DNA of 18,363 bases from Candidatus Thorarchaeota archaeon (GCA_016840855.1 JAEORO010000173.1:1-18363), one strand, 5' to 3'; shown: positions 8,972-17,230, counted from the first letter of the stretch. A program made the numbers and translations. Notes: generated from the sequence alone by a model not told the origin.

Positions 8972-9028
8972 TTAAACGGGCCCCATCGAGGGACCCAAAA
9001 GCCATTGGCCAAGGCACACTCGTATCAT
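8972..9028 (-). CDS. Candidate Trp-containing leader peptide (MIRVCLGQWLLGPSMGPV, 18 aa) upstream of trpB2
   Basis: Manual translation from ATG 9028 to TAA 8972, with TGG at codon 9. Preceded by GAGTGTGGA and about 20 nt after the predicted TSS. A GC hairpin covers its last codons. Translation is not demonstrated. Confidence 0.35.
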   Translation of the reverse strand: MIRVCLGQWLLGPSMGPV

Positions 9029-9071
9029 GTTTCCACACTCAGAAACGGTTGGCAACTTCGGTTGAAAGGAA

Positions 9072-9079
9072 CTTATAAA
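9072..9079 (-). promoter_or_regulatory. TATA box, probably of trpB2
   Basis: TTTATAAG on the minus strand is the best TATA match in the 360-nt gap and predicts a TSS near 9050. The core TTATAA is palindromic, so orientation is inferred. Confidence 0.6.
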
Positions 9080-9082
9080 CAT

Positions 9083-9118
9083 TGTGCATAAATGTTCATT
9101 AATGTACAAAAATGTACA
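9083..9118. promoter_or_regulatory. Array of four TRP-box-like operators (TGTACA consensus, N4 spacers); putative TrpY-type binding site
   Basis: TGTGCA 9083-9088, TGTTCA 9093-9098, TGTACA 9103-9108 and TGTACA 9113-9118, with an exact 10-bp period and directly adjacent to the TATA box upstream of trpB2. Confidence 0.72.
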
Positions 9119-9211
9119 ATCAATAGAAGATACAATAGTTTCCTAAGAATCTAGCATCTACCAAATGTTTTTAGAATGAAACCTATCGAACTCAGTTTGA
9201 AGGTGACCTAC

Positions 9212-11182
9212 ATGAATAGCTCTCAGAGTGATGAGAATAGGATTGATTGCTCAATCCTACAGATCCTTTTCGATTCATCTCCACAAGCAGTCCTCATTAT
9301 CGAAGATGGCAAGGTTGTGTATACTAACTCAGCACTTGCACATGCAGTGGGATTCAAGCCACAGCAAGTAGTGGGTCAAGAAGTCACTCATATTGTAAGT
9401 ATGATTGGCATGCAGGACTACGATTCTGTGGTGTCAAGATTCTCAGCAATTAGTGCTGGAAAGATGGAGTCGGATAAGGAACGCTTTCATTTCAAAGATG
9501 CTGAAGGAAGTAGGTACGTTTTGGAATTCTCGGCTAAGATAATTGAAGCTGACAATAAGAGGTATGTAGTTCTTTATGGAAATGATGTTACAGGAGATGA
9601 ACTATCAAAGGAAACTCTCGCAACAGAACGAAGAGCCTATAGTGTGATTGCGGAAGCTGCCCTTAGCTCCGACAAGTTACCTCAAATATGCGACAGAATA
9701 TTAAGAGGTCTTATTGAAACCCTTAGATTTGATCTTGGGACAATTCGACTATATGATGCTGAAGATTGCACTCTTAAGCTGATGACATCCTATGGTATTG
9801 AAAAAGGAGGCACACCTGAAACCATTGCACTAGAGGACCCCAATTTTCTTGTTGCGCGAACTGCTAGAACAAAATCACCACTTTTCACTCAGGATATTGA
9901 AATGACACCTGAGAGCGAAGATAGAATGGTAAGAGCGAGAAACTTGGGTGTGCGCACACTGATTTTCTGGCCTATTTTAGGATCTGAGGAGAACCTTTTG
10001 GGTGTAATCAACGTCGCAACTAAAGAGCCTATCATTTTAGAGCAAGAGCAAAGAACCGTTTTTGCCACCATAGCAGGTATGTTCTCCACTATCCTTGAAC
10101 GAAGGAAAACGGAAGAGGAACTTCAAGAATTCAAAGACCGTTTTACAGCATTTGCTGATAACATGCCAGGCCCGGTATATCTTAAGGATGATAAGTCCAA
10201 GGTTCTTTTTGTGAACAGATACATGCGTGAAGCGACTCAAAAAGCAACTAAGGCTAATTGGGAAGGATTGAGTAACCTTGAGCTATTCCCAAAAGAGCGA
10301 GCAGAAAATCTCACAGAAGAAGATTTGAGAATCTTGGTAAACGGACCAATTGACCGCATTCAAGAAACAATGACAGATGGAGAAATTCGAACTTTTCGAA
10401 CGCATAAGTTTCCCATAATCCGTGAAGGAAAACCACCATTGATTGGTGGATTTTCGATTGACATTACTGATAGAATAGTTGCAGAGAAACAAAGAGAGGA
10501 AGCGAGAGCTCGTGCCATATGGATGTCGGATCTAATGGCTCATGATATCAATAACCTACACCAAGGCATTATGTCTAGTTTAGAGTTGATGCTCGAGGAT
10601 GAACAATTTCCCAGGCACTTAATGGGCATTGCACAGAATGCTTTACTTCAGGTAAATCGAAGTGTATCGCTTATTAATAATGTAAAGAAATTCTCAGTAG
10701 TAAATCAGGAAGAACTCGTTCTTGAGAAAACCGACCCTGCGGAATCTCTTATTGCTGCAATTCAAACCGTCAAACAATCATTTCCTCAACGTAAAATCAG
10801 CATCACAACTAATCTTGAAACTGGGAAATATTGTATCATGTCCAATACGTTTCTTCATGATGTATTCTTCAACCTGCTCCACAATGCTGTGAAATACACT
10901 GTGAGTGAGAGTGTTCGCATAGATGTCACAACTAGTCTTGTTGAGGAGGGAAAATTCATTCGATTTGACTTCGAGGACTGGGGACAAGGGATTGATGATA
11001 GATTCAAGAAGAGTATTTTGACAGGCATTAATGATCGGGTCCATAGAGTATCTGGGGTAGGACTTACTCTTGTAAAACAAATCGTCGACCAGTACGGAGG
11101 AAGCATTTCAGTAGAAAATCGTGAGAAAGGAGATTTCACGAAAGGTACAAGATTCATTATTAAATTACCAAATGGATGCTAG
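9212..11182 (+). CDS. Soluble PAS-GAF-PAS sensor histidine kinase
   Basis: PAS (LFDSSPQAV...YTNSAL), GAF (LVARTARTKSP...WPIL...LLGVINV), PAS (FADNMPGPVYLKD...FVN...DITDR), H-box MAHDINN, N-box NLLHNAVKY, G1 DWGQG, G2 SGVGL. ATG 9212 follows SD GAAGGTGA; the ORF-track start is 9176. Confidence 0.92.
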   Translation: MNSSQSDENRIDCSILQILFDSSPQAVLIIEDGKVVYTNSALAHAVGFKPQQVVGQEVTHIVSMIGMQDYDSVVSRFSAISAGKMESDKERFHFKDAEGSRYVLEFSAKIIEADNKRYVVLYGNDVTGDELSKETLATERRAYSVIAEAALSSDKLPQICDRILRGLIETLRFDLGTIRLYDAEDCTLKLMTSYGIEKGGTPETIALEDPNFLVARTARTKSPLFTQDIEMTPESEDRMVRARNLGVRTLIFWPILGSEENLLGVINVATKEPIILEQEQRTVFATIAGMFSTILERRKTEEELQEFKDRFTAFADNMPGPVYLKDDKSKVLFVNRYMREATQKATKANWEGLSNLELFPKERAENLTEEDLRILVNGPIDRIQETMTDGEIRTFRTHKFPIIREGKPPLIGGFSIDITDRIVAEKQREEARARAIWMSDLMAHDINNLHQGIMSSLELMLEDEQFPRHLMGIAQNALLQVNRSVSLINNVKKFSVVNQEELVLEKTDPAESLIAAIQTVKQSFPQRKISITTNLETGKYCIMSNTFLHDVFFNLLHNAVKYTVSESVRIDVTTSLVEEGKFIRFDFEDWGQGIDDRFKKSILTGINDRVHRVSGVGLTLVKQIVDQYGGSISVENREKGDFTKGTRFIIKLPNGC

Positions 11183-11277
11183 AAGTAGTACTCTCATAAG
11201 ATAAATGCCAAGAAAAATTCCCAGAATGGTTAAATCGTTGGAATGTCCACCACCTTCAAACAGAGGAAGGCTATCTA

Positions 11278-11826
11278 TTGGTCGAAGAAGGTCCCAGTTA
11301 TGTACTAAAAATGGTTGCACTTGGGGATGGGGCAGTAGGTAAAACAAGTTGCATTATGCGTTATACAGAGAATAGTTTTGGAGAGTCGTATAAAGCAACA
11401 ATTGGGACCAATATTGCTGTGAAAAATGTAGAGATTGAGCTTCACCCTGGTGAGTTATCGAGAGCCCAGATTGTTTTATGGGACCTTGCAGGACAACCAA
11501 CTTACAAGGACCTTCGTTCAAGATATATGGTTGGAGCTGCGATTGCATTTATTGTGTATGATGTTACAAGACCGCCAACATTTCTCAATGTGGCAGATTG
11601 GTATGATAATTTCATCACTGTATCTCCAGATGCAGTTGTGATTCTCGTGGCAAACAAAGTTGACAGAGAAGATCGATTAGTCCCTCAAGAGGCAGGCGAG
11701 ATGTTTAGTCGCTGGAGAAAAATTGACTATATTGAAACCTCTGCAAAAACTGGAGAGAATGTTGAAATGATGTTCACAAAATGTGTAGAAATAGCTATCC
11801 GTAATGAAGAAGATCGACTTGGCTAG
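11278..11826 (+). CDS. Rab-like small GTPase (Ras superfamily; eukaryotic signature protein)
   Basis: G1 GDGAVGKT, G2 ATIG, G3 WDLAGQ, G4 NKVD, G5 ETSAK. RabF-like YMVGA and IVYDVT. No C-terminal Cys prenylation motif. TTG start after GAGGAAGG. Confidence 0.93.
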   Translation: MVEEGPSYVLKMVALGDGAVGKTSCIMRYTENSFGESYKATIGTNIAVKNVEIELHPGELSRAQIVLWDLAGQPTYKDLRSRYMVGAAIAFIVYDVTRPPTFLNVADWYDNFITVSPDAVVILVANKVDREDRLVPQEAGEMFSRWRKIDYIETSAKTGENVEMMFTKCVEIAIRNEEDRLG

Positions 11827-11853
11827 GTAACATAGCCAAGTCTTCTGTTTTTT
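11816..11853 (+). terminator. Hairpin plus T-tract terminator overlapping the GTPase stop codon
   Basis: Perfect 10-bp stem GACTTGGCTA (11816-11825) / TAGCCAAGTC (11833-11842), followed by TTCTGTTTTTT, at the convergent junction with nuoN. Confidence 0.65.
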
Positions 11854-11859
11854 GTATAC

Positions 11860-13410
11860 TTAAGGCAGGAGTGTTGGCACTGCATCAAATGCATAGTCCA
11901 TAACTACATCGGGGAATATGAAAAGTGCAATAACCGCGATGACACAAATGATAACCGCTGCAAATGGAATAACTGGCAGTTTGATTCTCGAGTCATTACT
12001 TGGTTTCATCATGTAGGTGTACCTTAGTACTCGCAAATAATAACCCAATGAGAAGACTGAGTTCAGCAGACCGATGAGTGCAAGCCACCACATTCCAGCA
12101 AGCACAGCACTCCAAAAAAGAAAGAATTTAGACCAAAATCCGACTGTCAAAGGCATTCCAGCTAATGAGAGCATCAGGATGGCAAGTAGCCCCGCAGCCA
12201 ATGGTGCACGCTTACTAAGTCCTGCAAGGTCCTCATAGGTAATTCGCTTTGACAGCTTGATTGAAAGTGCCCAGATAAGAATGAAGGCTGAAGTCTTCAT
12301 CAGTGCGTGAGTAAAGGCATGAAATAATGCAGCACCTATTCCCAAAGTATATGCATCAGGGATTGCAGGATTGGCTGCAGCGATGCCTATGAAGAGATAG
12401 CCCATCATAGCTATACTACTGTACGCCAGCATCCGTATAATATCTCTCTGAGCGAGAGCTAATACATTTCCAATAACCATGGTTAGAATGGCAACTCCAA
12501 CAATGAGGAACGTCCATTGCGTTTGAGCAGCAACAAATCCGACTACAAGGATTCGCATCAATGCTCCAACACCTGTCTTCTTAGACCCGCCTGCAAGATA
12601 TGCTGTAACGCTTCCATCTGCACTGGCATATGCATCAGGTACCCATTGCCATCCAGGGAAGACTCCAACCTTGAAACCAAATGAAACTATGAATAATACT
12701 ACAGCCAATAAAATCGTATACGCAGCATTTGGAGTTGTGGAGAACATCACCCAGATGCTATCAACCGCAGCTGCTACCTCAATAAGATTGGTTGTCCCAG
12801 TTACTCCATATACTAGCGCGATTCCGAAGATCATTAACATCGTGGCAAGAAGTCCCATGACAAAGTACTTTGTAGCACCGTCAATTGCTTCTCTAGCAGG
12901 TCCTAATGCAACTAAAATATAGGTAGGAGTGGACATGAGCTCCCAAGCCAAGAACAAGCCGACTAAATCAGTTGCCATCACAACCCAAATCGCTCCTGCA
13001 AAGGAGATCAATAGCAGGAAATTGTACGGACCTTTATCACCACCATAGAGAGTGGAGGACATTAAGACGAGAAAAGCGACGATGAGTATGATGAAGATGA
13101 AGAAATCAGCCATGGGATCTCTCACGAATTGACCAAATGACACTCCACCTTCACCAATGAGAGAAATAATCACTGGATCAAGTGGATTAAGAATAACCAT
13201 TTCAATTGAAGCTAGTATCACACCAACAAAACTGATACCCAGCGGATTGAAACGCATACCAGCAACTAGTGATATGATTGCGAAAAGCACTAGTGTTAAT
13301 GCTGGAAGGGACATGATCCAGCCAGGGGGTGTGATGGAGAGTAGAAGGTCTCTTACAGGAGCCAAAACCCCTCTGAGAATATCAGCAATTTGGGTTAGTT
13401 GAAGTAACAT
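11860..13410 (-). CDS. nuoN: Complex I-like antiporter subunit N (NuoN/FpoN)
   Basis: FLAWELMS, ATKYFVMG, GFKVGVFP..QWVPDAY, GGSKK, MLAYSSI and PLTVGFWSKF (TM12 Lys). ATG 13410 overlaps the nuoM stop (TGATG); alternative start TTG 13413. Confidence 0.9.
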   Translation of the reverse strand: MLLQLTQIADILRGVLAPVRDLLLSITPPGWIMSLPALTLVLFAIISLVAGMRFNPLGISFVGVILASIEMVILNPLDPVIISLIGEGGVSFGQFVRDPMADFFIFIILIVAFLVLMSSTLYGGDKGPYNFLLLISFAGAIWVVMATDLVGLFLAWELMSTPTYILVALGPAREAIDGATKYFVMGLLATMLMIFGIALVYGVTGTTNLIEVAAAVDSIWVMFSTTPNAAYTILLAVVLFIVSFGFKVGVFPGWQWVPDAYASADGSVTAYLAGGSKKTGVGALMRILVVGFVAAQTQWTFLIVGVAILTMVIGNVLALAQRDIIRMLAYSSIAMMGYLFIGIAAANPAIPDAYTLGIGAALFHAFTHALMKTSAFILIWALSIKLSKRITYEDLAGLSKRAPLAAGLLAILMLSLAGMPLTVGFWSKFFLFWSAVLAGMWWLALIGLLNSVFSLGYYLRVLRYTYMMKPSNDSRIKLPVIPFAAVIICVIAVIALFIFPDVVMDYAFDAVPTLLP

Positions 13411-15026
13411 CAAGGTCCAACACCTCCAATGATAAATGTGACAACAGATTGAGTGAAGCTTAGAACCAAGTCGGGCCAGACGCCTAAGAGGATAACAGGG
13501 ATTAACATCAGAATTGGAGCAATAAGGTCACTCCAAGGTGCTTCTGTAACATCTTTTTCTGGGTCCGGATCACTGAAGACGATTCGGTTCAACATCCACA
13601 GGATATAGCCCACAGTGATGAATATTCCAAATGTAATAATGGCAGACCAGAGGTAAATAACCACGGAGCCAAAGATCACAAGAGCCTCTGCGATGAAACC
13701 ACTGAATCCTGGCAAACCAAAGGCTGCGAAAGATGCTAGAATCAAGATAGCTGAGAGCTTTGGTGCTTTTGTCATGAGACCCTTGATGTCAGGAATCTCA
13801 CGTGTTCCTGCAGAGTATTTGAGTTGTCCAGCCATAATAAACATGATAGAGATTATCGTTCCATGACTGAACATCATGAATATTGAGCCCTGAAGCGCCA
13901 GATTAGCAGCATTGATGTAACCAACGTTCTCTGCAACAAGAGGGTCGAGTCCAATTCCAAATGCAGCGACAGCTACACCAAGCAACACCCAAGACATGTG
14001 GTTGATAGAAGTGTACGCAACGAGACTCTTCAGATCGGTCTGTGCCATTGCTGTAAATGCAGCATAGATACAAGTGAAGATAGCCAATGCTGCGAATGGG
14101 ATACTCAATCTCGAAAATGCACTTGGTACTAACCAGAGCCCAAGACGGATGAATGTGTAACCACCCATCTTCAGCAAGATTCCTGCGAGTATAACTGAAC
14201 CTGGTGTCGGAGCCTTCACATGAGCCCAAGGAAGCCAGTTGTGAAGAGGCCAGACAGGTAGTTTTACACCCGCGCCCATGAAAATTGCTAAGGCAAAACC
14301 AATTTGGACCATTGGTGCTAAAGTCGGCAATATGGTTCTAAGGCCTTCAGGTCCACCAGGAATTTCGATGAGTGCGAAGGTATAGATTCCGGAAGCTTCT
14401 CCAGCAACAAGATACAGCACAAAGAATGCAACTAGCATTACAGCTGAACCAAGATGAGTATAAATGAAGAATTTAACAGCCGCATGTTCACAACCTTCTT
14501 CACCCCACCTCCCAATGATAAAGAACATTGGAATGAGTACTAGCTCCCAGAAGATAAAGAATCCAATCAGATCAAGTGACATGAATACTCCCATTAATCC
14601 AGTCTGAAGAAGTAAGAAAAGCGAGTAATAGAATCCTTCAGTGTCATGAATGTGGTTTGAGCTAATAGCAGCAATGAAGACCACAAGATTGGATAACAGA
14701 ATCATGATCGCAGATAGTCCATCAACTCCTAATATGAACTGGAAAACTGTTTCAGGTGTGCCAATTGGCACAGTTCCTAGCACAAAACTGTTGACAAATT
14801 GCATTCCAGCATCTGTAGCGGTAGAGATGATTTCACTCGTATCAACTGCAAGGACTAGCAGGAGAGATAATGCAAGTTCAAGTGTAGTCACTAAGAGTGT
14901 TATTACTCGAGCACCTTTCCCTGCAAAGTATGCAACTAGTGCAGCAACAAGGGGTAGGATTAGCATGAATCCTAATGGCCCAAAAGGCAACGAGTTTAGG
15001 ATGTTAAAGGCAAAACCAAATTGCAT
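13410..15026 (-). CDS. nuoM: Complex I-like antiporter subunit M (canonical NuoM/FpoM)
   Basis: GVDGLS, FFIFWELVLIPMFF, VKLPVWPLHNWLPWAHVKAP, LAGILLKMGGY, AYTSINHM, MFSHG and PGFSGFIAE (TM12 Glu). SD GGAGTGA. Confidence 0.92.
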   Translation of the reverse strand: MQFGFAFNILNSLPFGPLGFMLILPLVAALVAYFAGKGARVITLLVTTLELALSLLLVLAVDTSEIISTATDAGMQFVNSFVLGTVPIGTPETVFQFILGVDGLSAIMILLSNLVVFIAAISSNHIHDTEGFYYSLFLLLQTGLMGVFMSLDLIGFFIFWELVLIPMFFIIGRWGEEGCEHAAVKFFIYTHLGSAVMLVAFFVLYLVAGEASGIYTFALIEIPGGPEGLRTILPTLAPMVQIGFALAIFMGAGVKLPVWPLHNWLPWAHVKAPTPGSVILAGILLKMGGYTFIRLGLWLVPSAFSRLSIPFAALAIFTCIYAAFTAMAQTDLKSLVAYTSINHMSWVLLGVAVAAFGIGLDPLVAENVGYINAANLALQGSIFMMFSHGTIISIMFIMAGQLKYSAGTREIPDIKGLMTKAPKLSAILILASFAAFGLPGFSGFIAEALVIFGSVVIYLWSAIITFGIFITVGYILWMLNRIVFSDPDPEKDVTEAPWSDLIAPILMLIPVILLGVWPDLVLSFTQSVVTFIIGGVGP

Positions 15027-15027
15027 T

Positions 15028-17220
15028 TTATATCACTCCCAAGGTAATCAATGTGAGAATAACCAGTATTCCAATACCGAACATGACAACACTAACATAG
15101 TCGTTAATTCGTCCTGTCTGAGATCCAGCCAATCCAGCTTCAGAAGCTCTTACACTCTCAGTTGAGATCCCCTCAGCAAATCCATCCACGATATTGTCAT
15201 CAAACCAACGCACTTTGGTCGAGATTGAAATAGCGGCGTCAGCTGACTTGAAGTCGATGCCATCAATGATTTTGTCATCCACACTGACTCTCCAGTTCTG
15301 TGCAAATCCAAGAAACTTGTTTACAAGCCAGTAATATGATTCATTAATGTACCAACGATGTTTCAGGAAATTGTGAATACTGCGTCGAACTCCATTCTCT
15401 GGTATCATTGTGTTGGGTGTGTCAGCATTTTTGACATAGATCCAATATGCAGGGATTCCTCCAAGAAGGAGTGCACCAACAGTAATTGCGAAGGGGATGA
15501 TTCCTGGATAGGTTACCTTTACGATAATCATCTCAGTTAGTATCTCGATGAAGAGTTCGAGTGTGATTGGGCCTTCCATATAGAATATTGTTTGAATGAT
15601 TGGAAATATGAGGAATGCAAATATTGTGAAGATCGCTAGGATGTACAGTGGAACCATCATGGCCTTACCTGGGTCATGCGGTTCTTGATGATGACCCTCA
15701 TCATCATGATGTTCAGGCCGTTTTCCATGGAAGACCATTCCAACTAGGCGAATGCTGTAGAAAATGGTACAGGCTGCAGCGGCTACTGCGAGTATGAACA
15801 GGAATATGCCAAGCGGATTGACGGTTGCCAGTTCATATGCGTATTCAATAATGGAATCTTTGGACCAAAAGCCCGACATGGGAGGTATTCCAGCCAATGC
15901 CAAGACACCGATGAGGATGACTCTATAGGTCCAAGGCATTGCATCTTTCAGTCCACCCATTTTTGACATGTATTTTGTATGAACCGCATGAATCACTCCT
16001 CCAGCCGCCAAGAACAGCAAGGCCTTGAATGCACCATGAGATATGATATGCATCACGCTGCTCAGATGCGCCGCTTGGTAATGACCTTCTACAGCGAATA
16101 CACCAGCAGTTCCCAGAGCAAGTATCATGTATCCTAATTGACTCAACGTGGAGAATGCAAGAACCTGCTTCAGTTCATTTGAAACCATGCCCATAGTAGC
16201 TGTCATGAAAGCAGTAACAGCACCTACTATAGCCACAATAAAGAAGAAAGATAGGACGGTCTCGATGCCAAGAGCCTGCAATGGAACGAAACCCGCAACA
16301 TGTTCCTCTCCTCCACCTGTAGCAGTCGCTGCTGCAATTGTTAGGATAAAACGTGCAGTTATGTAAACACCAGCCTTTACCATGGTTGCTGCGTGAATCA
16401 ATGCAGATACCGCGGTCGGACCAGCCATAGCTTCAGGCAGCCATACCTGGAGAGGTGCCTGTCCGGATTTCCCTATTGCTCCAGCAAAGATAAGGAGAAG
16501 AGCAGGAACTAGAACTCCCCAGCTAGCCATTGAACCCCACCAATCATTCACATTCGTCGCAAGATCTGTGAAGAGGAAAGAACCAGCAAATCCAAAGAGA
16601 AGAAGGATACCTCCAAGCATAAGAGCGTCACCAACTCGGGTGACAATGAATGCCTTTGTTCCGCAATGGGTATTGTACTCGCCCTCAGTCTTGAATTGAA
16701 GTAGAGGATTTTTCTGCTCATATCCAAGAGGATCTTCCTCTGGAGGGTTTCGTTTATCGTTCCAGAAGCCAATCAACCCGTAGCTGCAGAAGCCCATGAT
16801 CTCCCATCCGATAAAGGCAATCAGGAGATTGTTTGAAAGGACAAGTGTTAACATTCCGCCTCCAAAAGCCAGCATGAGAAAGAAGAACCGACTACGGTCT
16901 CCCTCGTGAGCCATGTACTCAGTACTGTACACATAGATCAGGAAACAGAGTGTGCTTGCTAAGACAGCCATGATAATGGATAGAGGGTCAAGAAGGACAC
17001 TGAACTCAAGATTTAGTGCGGGGATCCATGTCCATGTGGTTGTCTGAATAGAGTGACCAATCTCCGGAAGAAGTGACCAACAGAGGATCATGGTGATGCC
17101 CATGAAGATTGCAGGAGTCCAGTCCCTGAGTTTTTCATTGAAGCGCCCTACAAGAGGTACAAGCAGTGAACCACCCAGAGGAATCACGAGGATTAGATAG
17201 TAAGGTAGACCAAATAGCAT
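15028..17220 (-). CDS. nuoL: Complex I-like antiporter subunit L (NuoL/FpoL) with lengthened lateral helix, 730 aa
   Basis: DPLS, YSTEYM, GWEIMG, TRVGD, GKSGQAPLQVWLPEAMAGPT, LIHAATMVKAG, STLSQLG, HGAFKALLFL, GFWSKD, and C-terminal RWY...QTG + TM. Start moved from 17298 to ATG 17220 (or GTG 17223) because SD GAGGTGA overlaps the upstream stop. Confidence 0.92.
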   Translation of the reverse strand: MLFGLPYYLILVIPLGGSLLVPLVGRFNEKLRDWTPAIFMGITMILCWSLLPEIGHSIQTTTWTWIPALNLEFSVLLDPLSIIMAVLASTLCFLIYVYSTEYMAHEGDRSRFFFLMLAFGGGMLTLVLSNNLLIAFIGWEIMGFCSYGLIGFWNDKRNPPEEDPLGYEQKNPLLQFKTEGEYNTHCGTKAFIVTRVGDALMLGGILLLFGFAGSFLFTDLATNVNDWWGSMASWGVLVPALLLIFAGAIGKSGQAPLQVWLPEAMAGPTAVSALIHAATMVKAGVYITARFILTIAAATATGGGEEHVAGFVPLQALGIETVLSFFFIVAIVGAVTAFMTATMGMVSNELKQVLAFSTLSQLGYMILALGTAGVFAVEGHYQAAHLSSVMHIISHGAFKALLFLAAGGVIHAVHTKYMSKMGGLKDAMPWTYRVILIGVLALAGIPPMSGFWSKDSIIEYAYELATVNPLGIFLFILAVAAAACTIFYSIRLVGMVFHGKRPEHHDDEGHHQEPHDPGKAMMVPLYILAIFTIFAFLIFPIIQTIFYMEGPITLELFIEILTEMIIVKVTYPGIIPFAITVGALLLGGIPAYWIYVKNADTPNTMIPENGVRRSIHNFLKHRWYINESYYWLVNKFLGFAQNWRVSVDDKIIDGIDFKSADAAISISTKVRWFDDNIVDGFAEGISTESVRASEAGLAGSQTGRINDYVSVVMFGIGILVILTLITLGVI
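15181..15279 (-). repeat. Internal duplication in nuoL with a 78-nt (26-codon) period
   Basis: DDKIIDG (15259-15279) and DDNIVDG (15181-15201) are exactly 78 nt apart and identical at 17 of 21 nt. Confidence 0.75.
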
Positions 17221-17230
17221 CACAATCACC

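Noticed and set aside
9081-9120. 10-bp periodic repeat as a CRISPR remnant or microsatellite
   Set aside because: The units are too short, have no spacers and there are no cas genes. Palindromic hexamer cores beside a TATA box fit an operator array better.
11824-11842. GTPase TAG stop embedded in a hairpin as a possible pyrrolysine read-through (PYLIS-like) signal
   Set aside because: The GTPase domain is complete at the TAG, a second in-frame TAG follows two codons later, and the hairpin plus T-tract is better explained as a terminator.
15670-15730. His/Asp-rich loop in NuoL (HHDDEGHHQEPHD) as a novel metal site
   Set aside because: His-rich loops before the PHE/PHD motif are common and variable in NuoL.
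15642-16931. Isolated TGTACA hexamers at 15642-15647 and 16926-16931
   Set aside because: Single copies inside the nuoL coding sequence with no 10-bp-phased partner. Expected by chance.
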